The notes beneath the pieces were generated by a model that was not told where the DNA came from, did no database searches, and saw nothing but the letters and a program-made list of their open reading frames with translations. The position numbers were made by a program, and so were the translations under genes. Shown here one piece after another: positions 51,225-60,569 of a stretch of 64,000 nt of DNA; positions within the stretch are counted from its first letter, which is position 1, and each line of letters starts with the position of its first letter. Source of the DNA: Candidatus Babelota bacterium (lineage in GTDB: Bacteria; Babelota; Babeliae; Babelales; CAIQNR01); contig CBFHTA010000001.1 of the NCBI GenBank assembly GCA_965658655.1, positions 113,658 through 177,657 of the forward strand, given 5' to 3'.

Positions 51225-52529
51225 ATGAAAAAAATTTTACTGCTCCTACTTTGCACCCTCTCTCCGTTACTGGTTCACGGAATAAAGAGACAAAAAAAAC
51301 ACACAACACTTTTAATCTATATAGCAGGAGACAACGACCTTGCTTATTTTGCTGGAAGAAATATAGACGACATGAAAAAAATTGGTTCGACAAAACATAT
51401 TAATGTTGTTGTCCAATTAGACGGACAAGGCGCTCATGAAAAAACCAAGCGCTTGTTTATAGAAAAAAACAAAGTAACACAAGTCAACAAAAGCCATCCT
51501 TCAGCTCAACAAAAACTAGATTTTGGAAGCCCTTTAACTTTAATAGATGCATGCGAATGGGCACTGAAAGATTTCCCATCAGACCACTTTGGAGTTGTTT
51601 TATGGAACCATGGCATAGGGGTCTTAGACAATATTGGAGGCCGAACAAGTAGTGCTTCTGAGCTCTTTGTTTTTAACCCTGAAACAAACATGCTACAGCT
51701 TAATCGCAGCATTGGCTTCATGGACTACCTCAGGCAAAAACAAGACCGTGGTGTTTGTTTTGGCGACACCTATGGAACATATCTCACAAACCAAAAACTT
51801 GCCTACGCTTTAAAGCAAGTGACAACAAAACTTCGTGGCGGGAAAAAAATAGACTTCATAGGTTTCGACGCTTGCTTAATGTCTATGATTGAAATGGGAA
51901 ACCTAATAAGCCCCTACGCAGACTATATGGTTGGGTCCCAAGAAATAGAGCTAGGAACAGGGTGGCCTTACCACGCAATACTCAAGCCTTTTGAAAAAAA
52001 AGCCTTAAACCCTGAAGAGTTCTGCAAGCATATAACTTATGCCTACCATCAAAACTATCTTGGTATAACATACGACTACACTCAGTCAGCTATTGATCTC
52101 GCCAAAATGAATGTTTTAGAAAAGTCCCTCGACTCTGTGGTTTCTTTGTTGCTAACGGCACTAGATAATCAAATAAACAACACAGTTTCTCGACTCATTA
52201 GAGCAAGTAGATCAAGGCGCCTTTGCACACACTTCTCAGAACCTACCTATATTGACCTTCATCATTTTTTATCAAACCTTACAGAAACACTTAGTTTTAT
52301 GCGAATCAAAGACGAAGCGGGCGATATAAAAGCTGCACTAGAAAAAGAGCTCACAGTAGCCCGTACCGCTTTACTAGAGAGCGTTGTTTCAAGTTATACC
52401 GGCAGAAACCTTCCCTTAGCAAAAGGGCTTTCTATTTACTTCCCATCACGAACAATAGAAACATCTTACACGATAACTCCGTTTGCTAAATCTTATAAAT
52501 GGCTACTCTTACTCCGAAGAATGTTGTAG
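51225..52529 (+). CDS. Clostripain-related (C11) cysteine peptidase
   Basis: YIAGDNDL, LWNHG (His), FDACLM (Cys), GLSIYFP; signal peptide. Confidence 0.9.
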   Translation: MKKILLLLLCTLSPLLVHGIKRQKKHTTLLIYIAGDNDLAYFAGRNIDDMKKIGSTKHINVVVQLDGQGAHEKTKRLFIEKNKVTQVNKSHPSAQQKLDFGSPLTLIDACEWALKDFPSDHFGVVLWNHGIGVLDNIGGRTSSASELFVFNPETNMLQLNRSIGFMDYLRQKQDRGVCFGDTYGTYLTNQKLAYALKQVTTKLRGGKKIDFIGFDACLMSMIEMGNLISPYADYMVGSQEIELGTGWPYHAILKPFEKKALNPEEFCKHITYAYHQNYLGITYDYTQSAIDLAKMNVLEKSLDSVVSLLLTALDNQINNTVSRLIRASRSRRLCTHFSEPTYIDLHHFLSNLTETLSFMRIKDEAGDIKAALEKELTVARTALLESVVSSYTGRNLPLAKGLSIYFPSRTIETSYTITPFAKSYKWLLLLRRML

Positions 52530-52538
52530 GCCAAAGCT

Positions 52539-53840
52539 GTGGAAAAAAAAAGACTACGGCTGCTCTTTCTTCTCTCAATTGGCACCCTTGTTCACACAAA
52601 AAAACCTCATACGTTTATGGTTTTCATGGAAAGAAACAATGAACTTGACCCGTTCGGAACGTTAAACATACAACAAATGAAAGCTGCAGGGTCCAACAAA
52701 AACATAAACATTGTTGTTTACATGCACTGCTGCGAAAAAAAAACAAAAAAAGCAAAGGTGCTGTTCATCAAAAAAAATGAAGCTATTTTGCTCAAAGAAA
52801 CACCCGACAACAAAAAAACATTCAACATAAAAGAAGAACTTATTAATTTTTGCAATGAAACTATCAAAAAGTATCCCGCTGAACATTATTCACTCATCCT
52901 TTGGGACCATGGAGCAGGAGCAACTGAACCGTGCAAACGCAACCTGTCTTCAAGTATTTTTGCTTTCGCCTTTGCAAAACAACAAAGCAGAACGCAACAC
53001 CCATGCCACCTTCTACGAAGCGTAGAAATCAAAAAGCAGCGCCTTTTGAAAGGTGTCTGCTTTGACGACTCAGAGGGATCTTTTTTGAGTGAAAAACATC
53101 TGCAAGAGGCTCTCGAGTCGATTTGCGCAACATCATTGAACAATAGAAAGTTTGATTTGATAGGGTTTGACGCCTGCCTTATGTCTATGATTGAAGTTGC
53201 GTCATCCCTAAAAAAACATAGCCAGGTTATGGTGGGCTCTCAAGAGGTTGAACTTGGGACAGGGTGGAACTACGCACGAGTTCTTGCCCCTTTTTCCAAA
53301 GAAACAATCTCTCCAAGAACATTTAGCAAGCACATTGTACAAAGCTATGCAAAAACCTATAAAGCAACAGACGACTACACCTTGTCTGCCCTTGACCTTA
53401 CACTCCTTCCAGAGCTAGAAAAGAACGTTAACAACATAGGAAAAACCTTAATTGACTGCATAAAGCAACAACGATCTAAATCTTTACTTAAGGCCCTTCG
53501 CATAAGCAGAAATAAACATTATTGCACGCATTTCGACGACCCAAGCTTTATAGATTTACAACATTTTTATCAAAACCTCCTACACAACGTCTCCCAAATA
53601 AACCCTCCAGAGAAACAAAGCAACACCCTGTTGCGCAACTTAAAAGATTACCTCTCTGAAGGAAAAGATTTAATTAAAAAAATAGTCATTGCTAACAAGG
53701 TGGGCACCAAGAGGGCGCAAGCATCAGGGCTATCTATCTATTTCCCTGAGAAACACATCCATCCCTCTTACCACAGATCATCGTTTACATTAACCGATCA
53801 AACATGGATTAATTTTTTGCAATCCTACCTCCTTACATGA
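52539..53840 (+). CDS. Clostripain-related (C11) cysteine peptidase, tandem paralog
   Basis: LWDHG, FDACLM, VGSQEVELGTGW, GLSIYFP; GTG start. Confidence 0.9.
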   Translation: MEKKRLRLLFLLSIGTLVHTKKPHTFMVFMERNNELDPFGTLNIQQMKAAGSNKNINIVVYMHCCEKKTKKAKVLFIKKNEAILLKETPDNKKTFNIKEELINFCNETIKKYPAEHYSLILWDHGAGATEPCKRNLSSSIFAFAFAKQQSRTQHPCHLLRSVEIKKQRLLKGVCFDDSEGSFLSEKHLQEALESICATSLNNRKFDLIGFDACLMSMIEVASSLKKHSQVMVGSQEVELGTGWNYARVLAPFSKETISPRTFSKHIVQSYAKTYKATDDYTLSALDLTLLPELEKNVNNIGKTLIDCIKQQRSKSLLKALRISRNKHYCTHFDDPSFIDLQHFYQNLLHNVSQINPPEKQSNTLLRNLKDYLSEGKDLIKKIVIANKVGTKRAQASGLSIYFPEKHIHPSYHRSSFTLTDQTWINFLQSYLLT

Positions 53841-53917
53841 AAACATTTTTTACATTTCCATAAGAAGCTTCTATACTCCGCAACAAACGATTCAACCTTT
53901 TTTAAAGAAAAACACGG

Positions 53918-54499
53918 ATGGACAAAGCTTTTCTCAAACAAGGGCTCTTAGAAGCGCTCTATGCGCCGTATAAAAATTGCTCTCTCTGCCCTCTTAGCAG
54001 CGAAAGAACGAATGTTGTATTTGGAAGAGGGAACCCTGACGCCTCTCTTTTGCTCCTAGGAGAAGGGCCGGGACGCGACGAAGACCTTAAGGGTCTTCCT
54101 TTTGTAGGGCGCTCAGGGAAGCTACTTAGCAAAACACTGAGCTCACTACAAATCGACGAACAGTCTGTTTATATTACCAACATTGTAAAATGCAGACCCC
54201 CAAACAATCGCACGCCTCTATCTAACGAAATCGCCATCTGCAGAAAGCTTCTCCTTGAAGAACAGCTTAAAATTATTCGTCCAAAAATTATTTGCACTCT
54301 TGGAGCTTCGGCCCTCAAGGCCTTGATAAAAACCTCAAAGGGAATCTCTAAGGTTCGTGGAGACCTTCACCCCTATAAAGACCTCTCCATTCTGCCGACT
54401 TATCATCCCGCCTATATACTCAGAGACTACTCGCGCCTCTCTATTTTTGCTGAAGATTTAAAAAAAGCCTATAAATCTTCGAACCAAAAAGACAAATAG
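53918..54499 (+). CDS. Uracil-DNA glycosylase family 4
   Basis: CxxC, GEGPG, PFVGRSG, NIVKCRPP.NR, TYHPAY. Confidence 0.93.
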   Translation: MDKAFLKQGLLEALYAPYKNCSLCPLSSERTNVVFGRGNPDASLLLLGEGPGRDEDLKGLPFVGRSGKLLSKTLSSLQIDEQSVYITNIVKCRPPNNRTPLSNEIAICRKLLLEEQLKIIRPKIICTLGASALKALIKTSKGISKVRGDLHPYKDLSILPTYHPAYILRDYSRLSIFAEDLKKAYKSSNQKDK

Positions 54500-54556
54500 A
54501 ATTTAAAGCGTTTTTTTGTTATACCTTTCATAAAAGGTAATTTTCATTATAGAAAT

Positions 54557-54870
54557 TGTGGATAACCTGTGGATAACCTGTGGATAACTTGTGGATAACT
54601 CAAAATAAAGTTTTCGAAAAGCCCTCAAACCCCTATCCTATCCTCGCCATTAAAAAACCCTTCCTTCATACTCCCCCATTAGAGGCTACTTCCAGAACTC
54701 AAAAAAAGTTATCCACAAGTTATCCACAGGTTATCCACAAGTTATCCACATTTAAATTAAGCCCGAATGTTGCCTGCTGGTCAAGGTATTGATGAAAAAA
54801 AAAGGAAGTTATCCACACTTTTAGGAGATGCTTATTATTATTATATATATAATATTATTAGGAAACAGTA
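54557..54870. other. Chromosomal replication origin (oriC)
   Basis: Nine perfect DnaA boxes: TGTGGATAA at 54557, 54568, 54579, 54590; TTATCCACA at 54709, 54720, 54731, 54742, 54809. AT-only tract 54832-54860. Plus strand switches from C/A-rich to G/T-rich here. Confidence 0.9.
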
Positions 54871-55017
54871 ATAAGTGTTTACTTTTCTCTAAAAAATTTT
54901 ATTTATACTTTTTCAAAAAAAAGGGGAAGTTCTTTTCATTTTTTTCAATTATGCTAGAATGGCTTGTATCTAGTTTTCAATTTTATGATAACAACTGATC
55001 CAATGGGGAATGATTTC

Positions 55018-56070
55018 GTGAGTCTTTCTGATGTTATAGAAGCTTTAGTCGATGAGCGGGGCCTGGAAAAAGAGGTCCTGAATAGTATTGTGTGCGAAGG
55101 GATGCTTTCTGCTTATGAAAAGCGATATCCTGAATTGCGCCTAAGAGTTTCTTTCGATAAGAAAACCGACACCTTGGTTGTAGAAACAGAGAAAGATGTA
55201 GTCTCCTCAGTGGACAACGACGAGACCCAGATTAGCTTGCGGAGAGCCAAAGGGGTAGACCCCCAAGCTGTTGCAGGAAAAGCATTATGGGTCCCTTTTG
55301 ATGGAGCCATTGGTCGAATTGAGATTTTACGAGCAAAGCAAGTTATTGCTCAAAAAATTCGCCAAATAGAAAGCGCAGCCGTTTACGATGAGTTCAAAAG
55401 CAAAGAAGGTTCTATCCTGCAAGGGACCATTCACAAAGCAGAGCGCAGCGGCATCATGGTCAAGCTCCAGGATTTTATGGCGTTCTTGCCAAAATCGCTT
55501 AGTATTCCTGCGGAAAAGTTGCCGGTAGGGTACCCTGTGCGGGCCTTGCTGAAGGAGGTTTTGGAAGTTCCTCGAAACGAAAACCAACTTATTTTAGACA
55601 GATCCTCCTCTGCTTTTGTAGAGGCTCTTTTTGGGTTAGAGATCCCAGAGGTGTTTGAGAAGCTTGTAGAGATAAAAAAAATAGTAAGAACGGCTGGCTA
55701 CAAAACCAAGGTCGCCGTGTCCTCTAACGACTCAAACATTGACCCTGTAGGGACATGCGTTGGTGTTGGAGGGGTGCGAATCAAGCCTATCCTAAAAGAG
55801 CTAGGCAACGAGAAGGTTGATATTGTTTCGTGGACAGACGACACAGAGTCGTTAATTCGAAGCAGTTTAAAACCTGCAGAGATTAATAGAGTTGAACTTT
55901 CTGATGACGGAGCGTCAGCACGTGTATGGCTTGATGACGATCAACGCTCTTTAGCCATTGGGAAGATGGGACAAAACATAGCCTTGGCCTCTCAGTTGAC
56001 AGGTGTCAATATTGAGCTGGTTCAAAGCGATACAGAAGATCTTGAGCAGAAACTAAGCGAGGAGCTGTAG
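55018..56070 (+). CDS. nusA: Transcription termination/antitermination factor NusA
   Basis: AKQVI.QKIR, S1 domain, EIPEV, DPVGTCVG..G.RI, SLAIGK.GQNI.LAS; GTG start after GGGGA. Confidence 0.96.
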   Translation: MSLSDVIEALVDERGLEKEVLNSIVCEGMLSAYEKRYPELRLRVSFDKKTDTLVVETEKDVVSSVDNDETQISLRRAKGVDPQAVAGKALWVPFDGAIGRIEILRAKQVIAQKIRQIESAAVYDEFKSKEGSILQGTIHKAERSGIMVKLQDFMAFLPKSLSIPAEKLPVGYPVRALLKEVLEVPRNENQLILDRSSSAFVEALFGLEIPEVFEKLVEIKKIVRTAGYKTKVAVSSNDSNIDPVGTCVGVGGVRIKPILKELGNEKVDIVSWTDDTESLIRSSLKPAEINRVELSDDGASARVWLDDDQRSLAIGKMGQNIALASQLTGVNIELVQSDTEDLEQKLSEEL

Positions 56071-56104
56071 CATTTTGTAAAGAGGTCGTGAGTTTGGCGA
56101 ATAT

Positions 56105-58153
56105 ATGCGAATATACGAATTTGCTAAAAAGCATAACGTTTCCAGCAAGAGTCTCCTTGAGGAGCTCAAGCGCAATGGCATTGCGCTTAAGAGTCATATG
56201 TCGGTCATTCCTGAAGAAGGGCTTGCGTTTCTTAATAAAAAATATGTGTCTTCCGAGAAAAAAATAGCTTCTACAAAAGAACAACAGGTAGGTCAAATGG
56301 AAAAGAGTAAAAATGTTTCTTCTAGTCGTCAGGTAAAGTCTGCTCCAAGGTCGTCAAAAAATGTACGGCAACCTTCGAGAAGACGCTCTTTTCGGCCAAA
56401 ATCAGAAATTCGTGCTGAAAAAGCAGAGAAAGTTTCATTGATCGAAAAACCTTTGGTTGTTGCGGCTATGAGTCTGGGGGAATTTGCAGAGAAAACTGGT
56501 AGCCCTATTGGAGAGGTGATTCTTTCGCTGCTAAAACAGGGGCAAGTGTGTACTATTAATCATATTTTGTCTGCAGATCAAGTAAAAAAATTAGCGGCAG
56601 CGCATGAGGTTGAGACGGTTATGCCTGTCTTACGTAAAAAACAAGTTGTTGAGCAAGAAGACAGTGTTCAAAATTCAAAAAGTGTTGGAGAGGTTCGCCT
56701 TCCTGTTGTGGTTGTTATGGGGCACGTTGATCATGGGAAGACGTCTCTTTTGGATTACATTAGAAAGTCGAGAGTTGCGTCACGTGAAAAAGGCGGAATT
56801 ACTCAGCATCTTGGTGCGTATCGCGCAGAAACCTCGCATGGAGACCTTGTGTTTTTAGACACTCCAGGTCACGCCGCGTTTTCTAAAATTCGACAACGCG
56901 GGGCTTCTGTGGCAGACAAAGCTATTCTTGTTGTGGCGGCTGATGATGGCATTATGCCTCAAACGATAGAGTCTATTAAAGCCATTAAAGAATTAAAAAT
57001 CCCCTTGATTGTAGCGATCAACAAGGTGGACAAGGTCGACAAGACCCGCCTTGAGATTGTTAAGCGGCAGCTTACTCAGCATGATTTGCTTCCTGAAGAG
57101 TGGGGGGGCGACATTGTGTGCGCGCCTATATCGGCAAAGACCGGAGAAGGCATAGAGCATTTACTTGAAATGGTTGCGCTACAAGCAGAGCTTATGGAGT
57201 TAAAGGCGGTAAAAGACACTCCCGCTCAAGGCTATATCTTAGAGTCAAAAATTGAAAAAGGACGAGGCCCTGTTGCAACTGTGTTGTGTAGGCAGGGGAC
57301 TCTGCGCATTGGAGATTTTTTTAGTGCGGGTCCAGTGAAGGGTAAAGTTACTTCTTTAACAAATTCCGAAGGGATTCGTTGTAAAGAGGTTGGCCCATCA
57401 ACACCTGTTTCTGTTACCGGCTTCGATCAGCTTCCTCCTATTGGAGAATTGTTCCGCGTTATTGAGCAGCAAGATTATCGTAGAGAACGAGGCGAAAAGC
57501 AGTCACGAAGCTCTTTATCTTCCCGCCTTGCCTCTGCTGCAGGAAAGGAAACAGTTCCTCTTATTGTGAAAACGGATACAAACTCATCGCTAGAGGCGGT
57601 TCTTGATGGAATTGCAAAGCTGTCAAAAGATGGGGACAAAACTTTCTTTGTTGTGCATTCGGGAATCGGAAACGTAATGGAGAGTGATGTTATTTTGGCC
57701 GAAACAACATCGGCAAAGATAGTTGGTTTTTATGTTAAAACTGATAGCGGAGCTCTTTCTTATGCCCGAAAAGCCAATATAGATATTCAGGTTTTCCAGG
57801 TAATTTACAAACTATTTGAAGAGCTTGAAGAGCGGCTCAAGAAAGACAAGAAACAGGCAATGGAGCTGGCAAAAATCGGAGAAGCTTTAGTTCTCAAGGT
57901 TTTTGATATTAAAAAGCTTGGAGTTATTGCTGGTTGTCAGGTGAGAGAAGGACGCTTTTCTGCTGCCGGAGAAGTTGTTATTAGACGCGGTCGCAGGGAA
58001 GTTGGAAAAGGCAAAATTAAAAGTTTGCAGCGAGATAAAAAAGTAGTAAAAGAGGTGCACACAGGTTTTGAATGTGCATTTCTAGTTGAAGGGTTTGATG
58101 AGTGGCACGTTGACGACGTTGTTGAGTGCTACTTAAAGGTTCCTGTCTCTTAA
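56105..58153 (+). CDS. infB: Translation initiation factor IF-2
   Basis: MGHVDHGKTSLLD, GGITQH, DTPGH, NKVD, SAKTG. Confidence 0.97.
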   Translation: MRIYEFAKKHNVSSKSLLEELKRNGIALKSHMSVIPEEGLAFLNKKYVSSEKKIASTKEQQVGQMEKSKNVSSSRQVKSAPRSSKNVRQPSRRRSFRPKSEIRAEKAEKVSLIEKPLVVAAMSLGEFAEKTGSPIGEVILSLLKQGQVCTINHILSADQVKKLAAAHEVETVMPVLRKKQVVEQEDSVQNSKSVGEVRLPVVVVMGHVDHGKTSLLDYIRKSRVASREKGGITQHLGAYRAETSHGDLVFLDTPGHAAFSKIRQRGASVADKAILVVAADDGIMPQTIESIKAIKELKIPLIVAINKVDKVDKTRLEIVKRQLTQHDLLPEEWGGDIVCAPISAKTGEGIEHLLEMVALQAELMELKAVKDTPAQGYILESKIEKGRGPVATVLCRQGTLRIGDFFSAGPVKGKVTSLTNSEGIRCKEVGPSTPVSVTGFDQLPPIGELFRVIEQQDYRRERGEKQSRSSLSSRLASAAGKETVPLIVKTDTNSSLEAVLDGIAKLSKDGDKTFFVVHSGIGNVMESDVILAETTSAKIVGFYVKTDSGALSYARKANIDIQVFQVIYKLFEELEERLKKDKKQAMELAKIGEALVLKVFDIKKLGVIAGCQVREGRFSAAGEVVIRRGRREVGKGKIKSLQRDKKVVKEVHTGFECAFLVEGFDEWHVDDVVECYLKVPVS

Positions 58154-58199
58154 GGTATTATTAAGCGAGCAGGGGTAGCAAAGAAAAGGTAGTGGTGAG

Positions 58200-59258
58200 A
58201 TGTTTTTGGCTGTAGTGGCTTTTCTCTTTGCGTTTTTTTTTGTACTCATCGTAACGCCTTTGTTGCGACGGTTTGCTCTTGTTTATAATATTGTCGATGC
58301 TCCGGACGGAAAAATAAAAAAGCAAAAAGAACCCATTCCTTACCTGGGGGGCGCTGCGATTTTCTCCTCTTTCTTGGTTTCCTTTGTTGTTTTTTTGCCT
58401 TTTCAAGGTCACCTTGTTTTTTTATTGTTTGGTCTGTCAATGCTCTTTGCTTTAGGGTTGATAGATGACTTATGGGTGACGACTCCGCTTCAGAAGCTTG
58501 TAGGTCAAATGCTTGCAGCAGCAAGTTTTCTGTTGGCAGGGATCTCATTGAAAGAAGTTTTTTTGTCTTCATGGGTGAACTCTTCTCTTTCTTTTTTTTG
58601 GGTTCTTAGTGTAGTAAACGCCTTTAATCTTGTTGATGTTATGGATGGGCTTGCAACTCTTTTGGCTCTTTGTGCAACGTTGTCATTTCTTTTTTTTGCT
58701 CTTCTCTTTAATCTTCCTTATGCCGTCCTTTTGCTTAGTATTTTTTTGGGAGGATTGCTTGGTTTCTTTTTTTACAATAAGCCTCCAGCGCGTCTTTACT
58801 TGGGTGATGCAGGGGCGTTGTTTATAGGAGGATTCTTAGCTGTTGTTCCTTTTTTCTTTAATTGGGGGTTCCATAGCCCAACAGGGTTTTTGGTTCCTGT
58901 TATTATTCTCACCCTTCCTTTGTTTGAAGTTCTTTCTCTTATTGTTATTAGAACCTGTAAAGGTAAACCTTTTTATTATGGAAGCCCTGATCACTACTGT
59001 TTGTATTTGTTGAAAAAGGGGTGGTCGAAAAATGAAATTCTTATTTTTTCAGGGGCTTTTGCGTTAGCTCTGTTTGGGGTTGGATATCTAGTTGCTTCTG
59101 GGGTATTATCCCTCCTTCAGACCTTTCTTATATCCGTTGCAGGAATCACGTTTCTGGTGATTTCTATTTTTTCTTCTCTCTTTTCTCGAAAGACTACACC
59201 AAAAAGCGTTGCTTTTTGCAGGGGCAACATTGTCAAAGGCAAGGGCCCTTTGATTTAG
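58200..59258 (+). CDS. Polyprenyl-phosphate GlcNAc-1-phosphate transferase (WecA/TagO, MraY superfamily)
   Basis: P.LGG, GLIDD, NAFNLVDVMDGL, YLGDAG. Confidence 0.88.
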   Translation: MFLAVVAFLFAFFFVLIVTPLLRRFALVYNIVDAPDGKIKKQKEPIPYLGGAAIFSSFLVSFVVFLPFQGHLVFLLFGLSMLFALGLIDDLWVTTPLQKLVGQMLAAASFLLAGISLKEVFLSSWVNSSLSFFWVLSVVNAFNLVDVMDGLATLLALCATLSFLFFALLFNLPYAVLLLSIFLGGLLGFFFYNKPPARLYLGDAGALFIGGFLAVVPFFFNWGFHSPTGFLVPVIILTLPLFEVLSLIVIRTCKGKPFYYGSPDHYCLYLLKKGWSKNEILIFSGAFALALFGVGYLVASGVLSLLQTFLISVAGITFLVISIFSSLFSRKTTPKSVAFCRGNIVKGKGPLI

Positions 59259-59476
59259 AGCGTTTTTGGCTGCCTCAGAGTGTTGCGGAGTTGTTGCTTT
59301 TTGCGGATTTGTGTTTTTGTGCAACATTTACGAGAATAGCAATATGTTTTATTAAGCAAAACTTGGCACTCAAGCCTTGTTTGGTTTACAAAAACACTGC
59401 GTATTTAAATGGTGGGGAAGAGATTTCTCGGTGTATAAGCGGTTCTTTCTTAGCTTTCTCTCTTCTCTCCATTTTT

Positions 59477-60361
59477 TTAAATCCCATAAAAATTTTTTGT
59501 TTCCTTGGATAGAAGCTCTTTGAGCCTGCTCATATTTTTTTTGTCGTCCTGGAGTGATGCTTTTGGGGTCTCAAGGATTTTAGGAATATCAAAGAACCGT
59601 TTGTCGTTAAGCAAAAGCTTGAACCCTTCAGTGCTTATAGTACCTTCTCCAATTTCAGCATGTCGGTCAACTCTAGACCCGAGCTCTTTTTTTGAGTCGT
59701 TAATATGAATAGTCTTGAGATTTTTAATACCTATTGTCTTGTCGAAATGGTCCCATAGCTTTTTGTACATTTCTTTTGTTGTAAAGTCGTATCCCGCAGA
59801 AAAAATGTGACAAGTGTCGACACAAACACCAACCCTTTTCTTTTCTTTTGTGAGCGCTTTAATTTTAGCAATCTCTTCAAAAGTAGACCCAACGACAGAG
59901 CCTTGTCCTGCCATTGTCTCTAGAAGCACCATGGTGATTCCGTTGCTTTTTGCAAAAGCAGCATCAAGGTTGTGGGCGATTTTTTCTATGCAGACGTTCA
60001 GGTCAGATTTTAAGCGTGATCCTGGGTGCAACACAAGGTAAGGAATGTTAAGCAGGCTGCATCGATTGAGTTCGGTGGCAAGGGCGGTGACTGATTTTTT
60101 TTGCAGTTCTTCTCGTGGAGACCCTAGGTTTAAAAGGTAAGAACAATGGGCAACAACCGGAGCAATACCTGTGTTTTTTTGAGCCTCTTTGAACGCCTCT
60201 ACTTCTTTTCTGGCAATCTCTTTTGCAAACCACTGCCTATTGCTTTTTGTAAAAATTTGAATGGTTGAGCACCCAATGCTTGCTCCTCGCTCCAGAGCGT
60301 TTTTTAGTCCACCTTCTATGGACATGTGCGCTCCTAGTAGCAGTCTGTGTTTTTTTGTCAT
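59477..60361 (-). CDS. nfo: Endonuclease IV
   Basis: LGAHMS, HPG, LETMAGQG, DTCH, HINDSK, DRH, ILETP. Confidence 0.95.
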   Translation of the reverse strand: MTKKHRLLLGAHMSIEGGLKNALERGASIGCSTIQIFTKSNRQWFAKEIARKEVEAFKEAQKNTGIAPVVAHCSYLLNLGSPREELQKKSVTALATELNRCSLLNIPYLVLHPGSRLKSDLNVCIEKIAHNLDAAFAKSNGITMVLLETMAGQGSVVGSTFEEIAKIKALTKEKKRVGVCVDTCHIFSAGYDFTTKEMYKKLWDHFDKTIGIKNLKTIHINDSKKELGSRVDRHAEIGEGTISTEGFKLLLNDKRFFDIPKILETPKASLQDDKKNMSRLKELLSKETKNFYGI

Positions 60362-60569
60362 AAGGAAACCTTCAATGGTTTAGAGTTTTTTTTAAGTATA
60401 GTTCTCTGCTTATAAGAAGCAATCAACCTTGACAAATAGCCGGTTAAGCGTAAAATCAAAAGCACTTTTATGGTTCCAAAACATGCTAGTAGATACAGAT
60501 ATTGTAAGGAAGGGGTTTTCAGTTCTGAAAGCCGCAATTGTTAATTATTTTTTGTCCAAAGGACTTTTT

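Noticed and set aside
50020..54499. comEC-protease-protease-udg as an anti-phage defence operon
   Set aside because: No nuclease, NTPase or effector domain typical of defence systems; each gene has an ordinary explanation.
54557..54750. Short tandem repeats as a possible CRISPR array, and ORF 54580..54792
   Set aside because: The units are 11-bp DnaA boxes with no unique spacers and no cas genes nearby; the ORF is a by-product of the boxes.
59216..59512. ORF 59216..59512 and imperfect hairpin 59407-59474
   Set aside because: The ORF overlaps both neighbours and lacks motifs; the hairpin is best explained as a terminator between convergent genes.
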